64,000 bases of DNA, from positions 9,606-73,605 of IMG/VR virus record IMGVR_UViG_3300008050_000036. One strand, 5' to 3'. The DNA is from a virus. The position numbers and the translations under genes were made by a program. The notes beneath the pieces were generated by a model, which saw only the letters and a list, made by a program, of their open reading frames with translations, made no database searches and was not told the origin of the DNA. Numbering within the stretch: the stretch's first letter is position 1; the number at the start of each line of letters is the position of its first letter. Of the stretch, positions 39,106 through 48,181 are shown in pieces.

Positions 39106-40407
39106 TCAACTCTCTTGCCATCCTTGAGGCAAGAGGCTATAATTAACATTGGGTTCTTCTTCTTGTGTCTTACCCATAAATTGTTTTAGCATACCTTGAG
39201 GTAATAATGATGTGTCGGCTGAGGCTAATTTATCTTGAAACTCAGGGCTAAAATTGCCTCTTGATTCTTCGTCAAACATATGAGAAGGTCGGGCATTCAT
39301 AAACTCCTTTGGTAAATCATCATCATTTTTACTAATTTTGAAGTTATCGTGTATAGCGAATGCGTTTGGATTATCAAATGGATTTGCGAATGGGTTTTGT
39401 GCTACGGACCAACTTTGAGCAAAGGCACTTTTATCCACTTCTGTTTCTTTAACACCCTCCACCCTACCATTCGGCTTTAGATGCGCTACTCGCTTTGCTT
39501 CTTTCCTTTTTCCTCGCCTTTCTTCAGCAGCATTTTTTTCTTCATCAGGAGTTATTGTTTGTTGAATGGGGCATTCTTCCTCTTTTTTTGTTTCTGATGG
39601 TGTTGCTGCTGGTGGTGGTGTTGCTGCCGGTGGTGTTTCTGTTGGTGTTGCCGGTGGTGCTGCTGCTGGTGGTGTTTCTGTTGGTGTTGCCGGTGGTGCT
39701 GGTTCTTGAGGGGGTTTCAGCCTATTCATAACTTTTCTCGCGTCACTTGCATGAAGTGTGGTTTCTATGTTATTATCTTTAGGAGGGTTCAGCCTATTCA
39801 TAACTTTTCTCGCCTCATTTGTGGTTTCTATGTTATTATTTTTTATTTTTGTTTTACGGTCAGGTGGTCGTTGAACGGGTCGTTGGAGAGCGGGGCTACC
39901 GGTGGATGCCTCAACTGTTGGTGTTTCTGCTGCTCCGCGCCGCAGGGCTAATAAACGCTGTAAAGCCGCATGTCGTGTGTCGTCTGATACATTTCGCCCT
40001 CTACCACCCCCAAAACGCCCAGTAATGGCGTTTTTCACTTTTCCGGCTATTCTCCTTAAGGTGTGTGGTGAGCCTTGACCTTCAGTAGTATTCCCAACCG
40101 CCGCCCCAAATCTTCCTAATAATGATGGGCCACGTGGGGTTTGTGGTATTGGTTTATTTTGGTGTAGTGCATTGAAGCGGGGCCACCGGCCACCTTCCTC
40201 TTTGTTTTCAAGATATTGTTGTAAATGAGGGTAGCGAGGGGTGGGTGGGGCTTTAGACAAAGGAACATTTGCTTGTTCTTTTTGTAAATTATCCCACACA
40301 TAATTGAAAATAATATCAGAAGATGGTTCTTTACGCAATTGTGTTTTGCCCACCATTTCACTACGGGCTTTCAATAGCAAGTCGTCATATTTATCCATAA
40401 TTAACAC
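39106..40407 (-). CDS. Low-complexity Pro/Thr/Ala-rich protein with internal duplications
   Basis: Repeated NNIETT..ARKVMNRL and PPATPTETPPA. Many hydrophobic-x-K motifs. Confidence 0.8.
   Translation of the reverse strand: MLIMDKYDDLLLKARSEMVGKTQLRKEPSSDIIFNYVWDNLQKEQANVPLSKAPPTPRYPHLQQYLENKEEGGRWPRFNALHQNKPIPQTPRGPSLLGRFGAAVGNTTEGQGSPHTLRRIAGKVKNAITGRFGGGRGRNVSDDTRHAALQRLLALRRGAAETPTVEASTGSPALQRPVQRPPDRKTKIKNNNIETTNEARKVMNRLNPPKDNNIETTLHASDARKVMNRLKPPQEPAPPATPTETPPAAAPPATPTETPPAATPPPAATPSETKKEEECPIQQTITPDEEKNAAEERRGKRKEAKRVAHLKPNGRVEGVKETEVDKSAFAQSWSVAQNPFANPFDNPNAFAIHDNFKISKNDDDLPKEFMNARPSHMFDEESRGNFSPEFQDKLASADTSLLPQGMLKQFMGKTQEEEPNVNYSLLPQGWQES
39629..39839. repeat. Intragenic duplications (34-bp repeat at 39-bp period; ~60-bp duplication with a 9-bp indel)
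   Basis: ggtggtgtttctgttggtgttgccggtggtgctg at 39629 and 39668. ttcagcctattcataacttttctcgc at 39716 and 39788. gtggtttctatgttattat at 39758 and 39821. Confidence 0.85.
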
Positions 40408-40409
40408 CT

Positions 40410-41354
40410 TTAATTGGTTTCCTCATTAAGTGTCTTTCTAATTAAAATGTGTTCCATACCTTTGTGAATACGGTCATGTGAGTCCATCATATCATCTTCA
40501 CTTCTTGTAATCCTACCAGTAGTAGCCATTTCATTTATTTGATTTCTCCCCTTTCTTCGTTGATTCCATGCCCATGCGTTGCTCAATCCAATTGTGCCAA
40601 GCAGCCCAAGAAGCCCTCCGCCACCTTGTTGTGATTGTTTATGCGCTTGCGCTAATTGAAGTTGTTGTGCTTGTTGTTGTGCTGCCCCTTGTGGTGTTGC
40701 CCCTGCTTGTTGTGGTGTTGCCCCTGCTTGTTGTGGTGCTGCCCCTGCTTGTTGTTGTGCTGCTGGTGGTAAAGGTTGCCCTCCACCGGGGGCAGGGTTC
40801 ATGGTATTCAATAGGTTTTGGTTGCCCTCCTGAATGCGGTTTTTTTGAGCAAGACCCTGAACTGCTGTATTGCCTTGTCGCCCACCCCATAATTCTGCGC
40901 CAATTTGGTTTGCACCCTTGCCCTGTGTGTTGATTCCCTGTTGTTGAGCATATGCTATTTGTGCATCGGGGGTTAATTGTCTAAAACTCTCAGCATCTAT
41001 TGAATCTTTAGTGGTTCGGCCATAATTATTTGGCCCTGCTGGCCCTGCTGGTGGTGCTGGTGGTGCTGGTGGCGGTGGTGGCGGTGGTGATGGTGGTGGA
41101 CCCGCCAACGGCGGTGATGGTGGTGGACCCGCCAACGGCGGTGATGGTGGTGGACCCGCCAACGGCGGTGATGGTGGTGGTGGACCCGCCGAATTAGGAT
41201 TTAAGGTGTCTGGTGAGCCAGTCGCAGCAGCAGAACCCTTTATTGGTTTTAGCCCTAAAGCACCGTGTATGATATTATTTTTTTGAATCCGCATTTGTCT
41301 TGCTCTCGCAAGTGCTATTCTATCAATTCCGAACTCACGGCGTTTATCAATCAT
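40410..41354 (-). CDS. Pro/Gln-rich low-complexity protein
   Basis: (PPPSPPLAG)x3, (QQAGATP)x3, and a short hydrophobic stretch near the C-terminus. Confidence 0.8.
   Translation of the reverse strand: MIDKRREFGIDRIALARARQMRIQKNNIIHGALGLKPIKGSAAATGSPDTLNPNSAGPPPPSPPLAGPPPSPPLAGPPPSPPLAGPPPSPPPPPPPAPPAPPAGPAGPNNYGRTTKDSIDAESFRQLTPDAQIAYAQQQGINTQGKGANQIGAELWGGRQGNTAVQGLAQKNRIQEGNQNLLNTMNPAPGGGQPLPPAAQQQAGAAPQQAGATPQQAGATPQGAAQQQAQQLQLAQAHKQSQQGGGGLLGLLGTIGLSNAWAWNQRRKGRNQINEMATTGRITRSEDDMMDSHDRIHKGMEHILIRKTLNEETN
40693..40755. repeat. 21-bp tandem repeat x3
   Basis: ggtgttgcccctgcttgttgt units encoding QQAGATP. Confidence 0.85.
41086..41190. repeat. 27-bp tandem repeat x3 plus partial
   Basis: ggtgatggtggtggacccgccaacggc units encoding PPPSPPLAG. 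Confidence 0.9.
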
Positions 41355-43171
41355 CTAAAACTCACCTTTACCAATTCCACATATTCTACTGGTATATCCA
41401 TTGACTTAGCCATTTCTCGCCAATCGCCTTTACTATTTAATATGGCTACAACATCAGAAGAAGGGCGGTGTATTTTACCTGCCATGAAAGTAATATCGCT
41501 TGCGTTGTCATATTGCATATTGGTATTGGGCAACATTTTAACTATCTTTTCATTTTGCATAGCCATATCATATTGAACATTCTCTAAAGCCATTTCAATT
41601 TCTTCTTTTGTAAAGAAGTTATACAGGTGTCCTACCCCTGTTCCTACCTTTTCTGCGAGTCTTTCAGCCATGCCTCTCCATCCTTCAGAATAATGTGGCG
41701 CACTACCTGTGCTACCTGACGCAATAGGTTGCACTTGATTAGTATTTAGGTTAAAAGAAGGTTGTTGGGGTATGTTTGGGGGTAAAGGGATATTCACCGG
41801 TGGTGCTGGTCTTTGTCGTGCTACGGGTGGTGCTGGCCCTTGTCGTGCTACGGGTGGTGCTGATGAAGAAGGGGGTGGTGGTCTATTCGGCACTTCCCCT
41901 TGAGGGGGGTTTGCCATTGAGGGGGGTTGATGTTGCACCTGAGTAGTTTTCGGCGGTGCTACACCACCCTCCCAACCAGCCAAAGAAGCCAAACCAACTC
42001 TTAGTGCTTCAATTTGGTGTAGGTTGTTGCCCCCTGCACCAAATCGCTCTCGCCCTATTCTCATAATTTCTTGGGGCGGGGGCATATCTCTTAATCCGTG
42101 ATGTGCGCCAAATTGACCTGCTAATACACTTTTATAATGAGCAGGATTAGACCACGCTCTCCCTCCCCTCTCATCGGGAACTAACGATACACCATAACGG
42201 TCATTATCGGTATGTTCATTGAAATATGCTTTCCAACCATCATCTGCTTGGGTGCGTTGTTGTAAGGCGGCTTCTGCGGCATCAGGTTGAGCAGGTGCAA
42301 CATTAGCCATTTCATTATTGCGAATGTTATAATGAGAATCAATTGGTGTGTGTTGGTGGGGTAAATGGTTGCGGAGAATATCGTGATTAACCCATTTGTC
42401 GCGAATTAGGTCAGGGGTAATTTGTTGCCCCGTTAATGATAATTCCCTCATCATAGAAATAATATGTTTGTAGGCTTCGTGGTTAATATATACGCTATGT
42501 GGTTGCGCCCTATGGCTTTCTATGAAATGTTTTGTTCCACCGCTATGCCCTTGTGCTTTTCTTACTTCACTGAGTCCTTCGCTATATGGTCTTGCCCATG
42601 ATTCCGCCATCATGTTTTCTTTATCACGATTACCTATGCGGATTTGGGGAACTCCGTAAGCATCCATTTGCCAAGCCTTTTTTTTATCCATTGGCCCCCA
42701 AACACCTTCGGCCCATTTTTTATTTAGGATATAATGGCCCAAATCGCTATCAAAAGCATGAGGTAGGGGCATTGGTATATTTTCATCGGTCTTACCTTCA
42801 CTATGGCGTTTGGCTCTATCTTGTTCCCACTTGGCGTTTTGTAAATCAATTGCTTGGTTGATAGTAGGCGCACCTGCGCTAATGCCCCGTTGTAATGCTT
42901 GCATGTAGGCTTCTTCTTGCCCTTGTTGTGGCCCTGCGTGAATTATCATAGCATCTTCTCTCGATATTAAACCTTGATAAATAGCCTCCCAAACGGCATC
43001 TGCTTCAACCCCTCTTAGATTACCTCCACCAATATCTCCACTTGGTATAGGGAATTGTTCTAAGCCATTAGGACCAGCATTGGCCGCTAATTGTTGTAGT
43101 AATGTTTCAAAATCAAAATGCCCCATCCCTTTAATGAGGGTGCATCTATCAATGATAGCCCAAGCATTCAT
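41351..43171 (-). CDS. Hypothetical protein (606 aa), Pro-rich linker, helical C-terminal domain
   Basis: Long ORF with ATGA overlaps. PPVARQxPA duplication. N-terminus MNAWAII...LIKG. Confidence 0.8.
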   Translation of the reverse strand: MNAWAIIDRCTLIKGMGHFDFETLLQQLAANAGPNGLEQFPIPSGDIGGGNLRGVEADAVWEAIYQGLISREDAMIIHAGPQQGQEEAYMQALQRGISAGAPTINQAIDLQNAKWEQDRAKRHSEGKTDENIPMPLPHAFDSDLGHYILNKKWAEGVWGPMDKKKAWQMDAYGVPQIRIGNRDKENMMAESWARPYSEGLSEVRKAQGHSGGTKHFIESHRAQPHSVYINHEAYKHIISMMRELSLTGQQITPDLIRDKWVNHDILRNHLPHQHTPIDSHYNIRNNEMANVAPAQPDAAEAALQQRTQADDGWKAYFNEHTDNDRYGVSLVPDERGGRAWSNPAHYKSVLAGQFGAHHGLRDMPPPQEIMRIGRERFGAGGNNLHQIEALRVGLASLAGWEGGVAPPKTTQVQHQPPSMANPPQGEVPNRPPPPSSSAPPVARQGPAPPVARQRPAPPVNIPLPPNIPQQPSFNLNTNQVQPIASGSTGSAPHYSEGWRGMAERLAEKVGTGVGHLYNFFTKEEIEMALENVQYDMAMQNEKIVKMLPNTNMQYDNASDITFMAGKIHRPSSDVVAILNSKGDWREMAKSMDIPVEYVELVKVSFR

Positions 43172-44913
43172 TTTTTACCCACCAAACCTATTTCTTGGGC
43201 GGCTGCTACATCACCGAAGCGATAAGCAGAAGTTTCTTCTTCACGAATTAAAGATTGGTCGCCGGGCGCAGTAGCAACTTCTTTGTTTGCTTGACCTCCC
43301 CGTTTAGCCGCTGAACCTAATTCGGGAGTGGCTTTCTTCAATCCCTCTACAATTTTGAGCAATTTTTTCAAATCCCGCTTCAAAGCCAATATATCAGACC
43401 TGCTAAAGTTTTTCCAATCTTTAGCAGATATTTGCATATCTGCTCTTTTTTCAAGCATTTTGAGGGGGTCGCCCCCTAATGGGTCGCCTATAAGTGAACC
43501 ACTTTCTTTGTTTTTTCCTTTGAAATGTGACAGTGAAGTGCCTTTACTGGATGATGGTTGAGAAGGCATTTTAGTGCCTTTGCCCCCCAAACCTATTGTT
43601 TGAACTTTCATTGCATCAGTTAATCCCCCTGCTGCCCCACGGTGTCCCGTCATATGGCGTGGTAATGCCCCCGTTTGACGAGCCATTTTCTCATTAGCCA
43701 ATTTGCGTTGATATGCTATTGGGTCACGGAGTCTAAGGGGGATTGCCTTTGACCGCGGGTTGCCCCCCATCATGCGCCGTGGGTGAACTTGCCGTTTTGT
43801 TTCACGCGATACATTTTGTTCAGCCGCACCAGCCCTTCTTGCAGTAATGCCTTTTATGTCACGGCTTCCTCTTTTTTTCTTATCTTTCATCTTACGCTTA
43901 CGCTTGCGCTTGCGCTTGGCTTTAGACTTTTTTTCTTCTTCATCAGATTCTTCATCGGAGTCATACCTCCGACCACGTGTTTTGCGTTTTCCTTTTACAA
44001 TGTCACCAATGAATGGTGGGTCTGCCGAAGCGTTTTTCTGTTGCCAATTATTACTTGATTCCTTACTATTTCCAAAATCATAAATCCCTGCATCTAACTC
44101 ATTGATTCGCCCAGTATCATCATAATTAGGGTCATCTACAAAATCATCAGGTAATTTGCTGGCGGCGGGAACAGCCGCATGTGCTGGTGTAAATGCAAGC
44201 CATTTAAGTTTGTCAAGAGGGGGTGCATCTTTCAATTTTTTATATGGTGCTAAATAATCATTAGCCAAATTAGTAAATTGTTCGGGGGAAGGCGCGCTAC
44301 CCTGTTCTTCTAAAAAACGAGCAATCGTTTCACCATCAACTGCGCCTCCTACTACTGCGTTTTTATTACCATCACCTGCAATAAACCCCTGACCAAACCT
44401 CCGTGGGTTTTTATCATATTCTTCACGTAATCGCTCTATTATATGTTCTTCTAAAGGATTATCCTTAACAATAGACCAAGCATCTTCAAAGGCATCATTA
44501 CTACGCCCAAAAATCATCCCCGGTCCTTCTCTTGAAATAGGTCCTACATTAGCCCCTGTTGAAACACCAATACCCCTTAAATGCCCCATATCTACCCCAA
44601 GACCACTTTCTAATAATTCGCTTTCGCCATTAGTCATTGGTGTATTATCAATAGTCGCCTCAATTTCTTCGGGGTCAAGACTAATGTGTGGTATGCCGCC
44701 TTCTAATTCTTTGAAGGCTCTTTCTTTACGTGCTTTAGGGTCCCGTTGCTCAATACTTTCATTTGAAGCGGCTTCACGGTTATGATGTGATAAACCATCA
44801 GCATCTTCATTGGGGTTCACATCATAGTCACCGACCATTTCACGGGGATGAAAGCCCCCAGTGAACTCTTGGACCCTAAGTGTATCATCAACACCTCTTG
44901 GTGATTTAGGCAT
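43168..44913 (-). CDS. Multi-module protein with internal AFEDAWSIVK tag and Lys/Arg-rich tract
   Basis: RSNDAFEDAWSIVKD (tag at 44464..44493). KKSKAKRKRKRKRKMKDKKKRG basic tract. Confidence 0.8.
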   Translation of the reverse strand: MPKSPRGVDDTLRVQEFTGGFHPREMVGDYDVNPNEDADGLSHHNREAASNESIEQRDPKARKERAFKELEGGIPHISLDPEEIEATIDNTPMTNGESELLESGLGVDMGHLRGIGVSTGANVGPISREGPGMIFGRSNDAFEDAWSIVKDNPLEEHIIERLREEYDKNPRRFGQGFIAGDGNKNAVVGGAVDGETIARFLEEQGSAPSPEQFTNLANDYLAPYKKLKDAPPLDKLKWLAFTPAHAAVPAASKLPDDFVDDPNYDDTGRINELDAGIYDFGNSKESSNNWQQKNASADPPFIGDIVKGKRKTRGRRYDSDEESDEEEKKSKAKRKRKRKRKMKDKKKRGSRDIKGITARRAGAAEQNVSRETKRQVHPRRMMGGNPRSKAIPLRLRDPIAYQRKLANEKMARQTGALPRHMTGHRGAAGGLTDAMKVQTIGLGGKGTKMPSQPSSSKGTSLSHFKGKNKESGSLIGDPLGGDPLKMLEKRADMQISAKDWKNFSRSDILALKRDLKKLLKIVEGLKKATPELGSAAKRGGQANKEVATAPGDQSLIREEETSAYRFGDVAAAQEIGLVGKK

Positions 44914-45331
44914 GACGATAACTCCTTAAATCTTCATAAGCCAGTATTACCTTTTGTGGTAATGTCAAATACCATTCTGCTAATGACGGCATTTTACCAT
45001 ATACTAAACCCAACGGTAAGAATGAAAGCACCAAATTAGAAAGTATTTTTTCAGATTCAAGAACTCCTACTTGTGGAGTCTTTTGTGCTAAATCGTGAAA
45101 AAGCATCCTAACAAGAGCAATACTACCAAAGGCAGATGAGGTCACTTCTTTTTCACACATTATACCAAAAGCCCCTGTTCCTATGGACCATTTACTTACT
45201 ACTGCTTCTAAAGCATCACAAAGATGGTAGGCTTCTTTTATTGAGCCGATTATCTCTTTACCGTGTAAAGCCACTTCATAATCGCTACCTTTGAGCATAA
45301 GCGAAAGAATAGATTGATATTTTTTTGACAT
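44906..45331 (-). CDS. Hypothetical helical protein
   Basis: 141 aa ORF overlapping the next gene start. Confidence 0.65.
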   Translation of the reverse strand: MSKKYQSILSLMLKGSDYEVALHGKEIIGSIKEAYHLCDALEAVVSKWSIGTGAFGIMCEKEVTSSAFGSIALVRMLFHDLAQKTPQVGVLESEKILSNLVLSFLPLGLVYGKMPSLAEWYLTLPQKVILAYEDLRSYRHA

Positions 45332-45361
45332 TTCAATCCCTGCTTTGTAGTAGTCTACGAT

Positions 45362-45739
45362 TCAAAATATAACCCTTACACTATTCCCACAAAGGGGGCA
45401 TTCATAATACGGTTCAACGCCTCCCGTTGCCTTTCTTGCCACTTTTTTCATTGGGTAATTGTGACAATTAGCGCAATCAACCTTGTTTGAATGTGGTCGT
45501 GGCATTTGAGCCATCAAGTGTTCTTGTTCATCTTCACCTTTCAGCACAGACCAGCCTATGCGGGATGCTCGGTCATTTGACTTCTTTTTATCAGAATCAA
45601 ACGCCAATTTATCTTTATGGTGTTCACCTTGCTCAAAATCTCGGTCACGGTTTGCTGTATCGGTTTCATCTTTACAAGTAGGGCAAAGGCCGCTTTCACA
45701 CTCCCTACATTCTTCATTACAATCTTCACATTTAGCCAT
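45362..45739 (-). CDS. Two-module Zn-finger protein with internal tag (SRIGWSVLK)
   Basis: MAKCEDCNEECRECESGLCPTC...SNDRASRIGWSVLKG...CANC...CPLC. Start re-assigned to 45739. Confidence 0.75.
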   Translation of the reverse strand: MAKCEDCNEECRECESGLCPTCKDETDTANRDRDFEQGEHHKDKLAFDSDKKKSNDRASRIGWSVLKGEDEQEHLMAQMPRPHSNKVDCANCHNYPMKKVARKATGGVEPYYECPLCGNSVRVIF

Positions 45740-45741
45740 CT

Positions 45742-45882
45742 TCAATCCCTCTCCGTTGTTCCGCAAGTTCGGCATCTGCGTGTGCCATCTTTTCTTTCAA
45801 CCATGCGTTTATTATCACAGCATTGGTCTTTCACCACAGACCAACCTGTGCGGAATGCTCGGTCATTGGACTTTTCGGTCAT
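45742..45882 (-). CDS. Tagged Cys-rich micro-protein (46 aa; not in ORF track)
   Basis: Hand translation MTEKSNDRAFRTGWSVVKDQCCDNKRMVERKDGTRRCRTCGTTERD. ATGA overlap upstream. Confidence 0.7.
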   Translation of the reverse strand: MTEKSNDRAFRTGWSVVKDQCCDNKRMVERKDGTRRCRTCGTTERD

Positions 45883-46022
45883 AGAATACCCCCCCAACAA
45901 TCGTCACCGCAACATTCAGAACACATCCCACATTCTAAACAAGAAGCATCTTCATCACAATCAGGACATTTTCTCGCTTTTGCTTTCACCACAGCCCAAC
46001 CTATGCGGAATGCTTCACCCAT
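45879..46022 (-). CDS. Tagged Cys-rich micro-protein (47 aa; not in ORF track)
   Basis: Hand translation MGEAFRIGWAVVKAKARKCPDCDEDASCLECGMCSECCGDDCWGGIL. GGGGGTG RBS upstream. Confidence 0.7.
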   Translation of the reverse strand: MGEAFRIGWAVVKAKARKCPDCDEDASCLECGMCSECCGDDCWGGIL

Positions 46023-46024
46023 CT

Positions 46025-46306
46025 TCAAGCACCCCCTTTTGGTATGCAATCAGGATTAGCACAAGCACGATTTCTGCTCGGCCCTTGTGGTAATCCACAT
46101 CTATTACAATTCCATGTCCCTACCTTTCCTTTTCCTGTTTTGGGGTCTGTTCCGTGAGGATGACCTTTCACCACAGCCCAACCTGTGCGGAATGCTTTGC
46201 TAACATCACACTTCGGGCAATAAGATTCAGAAATACCACCGACACCACCCCCTCTATGGGTTTGGGTCATTGGCCCTTTACATTTTCTGCACACCTTTTC
46301 ACCCAT
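46025..46306 (-). CDS. Two-module Zn-ribbon protein with internal tag (AFRTGWAVVK)
   Basis: MGEKVCRKC...CPKCDVSKAFRTGWAVVKG...CNRC...CANPDC. Start re-assigned to 46306. Confidence 0.7.
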   Translation of the reverse strand: MGEKVCRKCKGPMTQTHRGGGVGGISESYCPKCDVSKAFRTGWAVVKGHPHGTDPKTGKGKVGTWNCNRCGLPQGPSRNRACANPDCIPKGGA

Positions 46307-47009
46307 CTTCAAGCACCCCCGCATCAGCCAAAGCCTTACGCATAACTCGCCATTCATCAGGCGATTTCTCGGAGAAATGGGCTTGAATAACCGTAAGAAC
46401 TGATACTTGTTCATTAGAACCTATACTTTCAGCCTTTTCGATGTATTCGGCAATATCTGTTAATGTATCGCGTATTTCGCGGTGCATTTTTACGGCGGTG
46501 TCTAATCCTCTATAATCCAGTATGCCTTCGTCATTTCTTTCTTCTTCAAGCATACTTACATGAGAATTGAATAAAGAATTGAGGCGTTGGAGGTTATTTT
46601 CGGTTTGTATCATAGCCCCTCGCACACTACTCAAAGCGGCTGGCAATACCTCCATTTCCACTTGCCGTTGGATAATGGGTGCTGTGTGCATTTCAATGTG
46701 GTGTTCTACATTACTTGAGGTCATTTCCAAATCAAGTGCCATATCAGCAGCACTAACCAAACCATTCATTACGGCTTCCTCAATGTTAGCCCTTTCAGGG
46801 TGTGTGCATAAAGGGCATTGTGAATTACTATTATTATGATATTCACCGGAATGTCGCCTCATATGACGGTGAGCAGTGCCTTCTGCCCATATTTTATTAG
46901 CATCTAAATCAACTACATCTAAAACACCAGTGCGTATGCGTTCTTCGTAGCCATCCCGTTCAGGGTGCATACAAAAGGGACAATTGCGCCTTGTCTTACG
47001 ACCTACCAT
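46299..47009 (-). CDS. Duplicated CxxC-HP Zn/HTH protein with coiled coil; possible terminase small subunit
   Basis: CPFCMHPER...HMRRH and CPLCTHPER...HIEMH repeats, then a helical oligomerisation-like region. TerS role is inference. Confidence 0.5.
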   Translation of the reverse strand: MVGRKTRRNCPFCMHPERDGYEERIRTGVLDVVDLDANKIWAEGTAHRHMRRHSGEYHNNSNSQCPLCTHPERANIEEAVMNGLVSAADMALDLEMTSSNVEHHIEMHTAPIIQRQVEMEVLPAALSSVRGAMIQTENNLQRLNSLFNSHVSMLEEERNDEGILDYRGLDTAVKMHREIRDTLTDIAEYIEKAESIGSNEQVSVLTVIQAHFSEKSPDEWRVMRKALADAGVLEDG

Positions 47010-47047
47010 TATTTAAGCGCATACCGTTGCACTTTAAGGCTCTTATG

Positions 47048-47245
47048 CTATTTTTTGGTATGAACATTACAAAATTGACCGTTCCCCATCTTACCATTCC
47101 TACACCTTTTACCACTTTTAGTAATCGCTACGCAAACCGTTGGTGTTTCGTCATCAACTACTGGTGGTTGTATTTTAGGGGGTTCAATATACTGAACTGG
47201 TTGATAGGCAGGGTATTGGTAATTGTTAATACCGAAAGGCGGCAA
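47048..47245 (-). CDS. Small protein with C-terminal C3H Zn knuckle
   Basis: CVAITKSGKRCRNGKMGNGQFCNVH. Confidence 0.65.
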   Translation of the reverse strand: MPPFGINNYQYPAYQPVQYIEPPKIQPPVVDDETPTVCVAITKSGKRCRNGKMGNGQFCNVHTKK

Positions 47246-47486
47246 ACTGCCGGACCGCCAGCGTAATAGTGAGTATTAAACCAAAAAACAAAGCCATCAT
47301 TTCACTTGTTCCTAAAGAGGGTCCTTTCCAAAGTAAAACGGTGAAGGTAAAGAGCATAAATGCAAGAATATAAATCATAGTAGCCCCTTCAACAAGCATT
47401 TTATTTGGGCTTAATAAATCAACAGTCGCACTCGACCAACTAATTTCCCCTTGAACGGCAGAATCATTTTTGTTATCATTTTTCAT
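47226..47486 (-). CDS. Small two-TM membrane protein
   Basis: IYILAFMLFTFTVLLW and MMALFFGLILTITLAV. GAGGTGA RBS. Confidence 0.75.
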   Translation of the reverse strand: MKNDNKNDSAVQGEISWSSATVDLLSPNKMLVEGATMIYILAFMLFTFTVLLWKGPSLGTSEMMALFFGLILTITLAVRQFAAFRY

Positions 47487-47495
47487 ATTTTCACC

Positions 47496-48170
47496 TCAAA
47501 GTATGGCTGCCCCTTTAGCGGCCATTCCTACACCTTGCCCTACCGTAGCACCAAAACCACCTTGTTGTTGCACTGCATTACCCATCATGCCCCCTATTAA
47601 ATTACCAAAGAAACCCGGTTGTTGTTGTGGATTCATTAACTGTTGTTGTAAAGCCCCTTGTTGGTGCGCTTGTAAAAACATTTGTTGTTGCTGTTGGTTG
47701 TTGTTTAATGTCTGTTGTGCAGAACTTTGCACTTTTTGTAATGTCAAAGCGAGGTTCTCAGGAGATAGTGTCGCTAAATTAGAAGGTAGGGAATTACCAT
47801 CTAATGTTATTTTACCGTCTGAATCAGTAATAAAACTCACACTCTTAAAGAACTCTTTAATTGAAAGCATCATTACTTCCCCTACTAAATCCATAACCAT
47901 AGCCATATTTTGACTCATCATAAATTGAGCCATTGGGTCATAGAGAGCAAGTAATTGAGCCGTAGCCACGATTGGGTCATTAGCGGCTTGTTGCATCATG
48001 GGGTTTTGTGCTTGTTGCATCATACCAAGACCCCCCATACCACCTTGTTGCATTCCATAGCCGCCACCATAGCCTTGTTGCATTCCATAGCCATTCTGCT
48101 GCGCCGCTAAATTGGGCGCACCAAATTGTTGCGTTTCTTGTGTTTTATTTCCTCCAAAAAGCCAGCCCAT
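47496..48170 (-). CDS. Gln/Gly/Met-rich protein with N-terminal MGWLFGG
   Basis: GYGMQQ repeats, poly-Q stretches, glycine-zipper-like C-terminus. AGGTGA RBS. Confidence 0.8.
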   Translation of the reverse strand: MGWLFGGNKTQETQQFGAPNLAAQQNGYGMQQGYGGGYGMQQGGMGGLGMMQQAQNPMMQQAANDPIVATAQLLALYDPMAQFMMSQNMAMVMDLVGEVMMLSIKEFFKSVSFITDSDGKITLDGNSLPSNLATLSPENLALTLQKVQSSAQQTLNNNQQQQQMFLQAHQQGALQQQLMNPQQQPGFFGNLIGGMMGNAVQQQGGFGATVGQGVGMAAKGAAIL

Positions 48171-48181
48171 ATTATTTTCAC

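Larger units (their letters stand above)
45538..46320. repeat. Dispersed repeats: four 32-40 bp tag repeats and one exact 23-bp RBS/start repeat
   Basis: ctttca(c/g)cacag(a/c)cca(a/g)cct(a/g)tgcgg(a/g)atgct at 45538, 45828, 45983 and 46165. ttcacccatcttcaagcaccccc at 46014 and 46298. Confidence 0.9.

Noticed and set aside
45538-46196. CRISPR-like array (four ~35-bp repeats)
   Set aside because: Spacing is irregular and long (about 155-290 bp), the repeats are degenerate and translate in frame as the tag peptide, and no cas genes are present.
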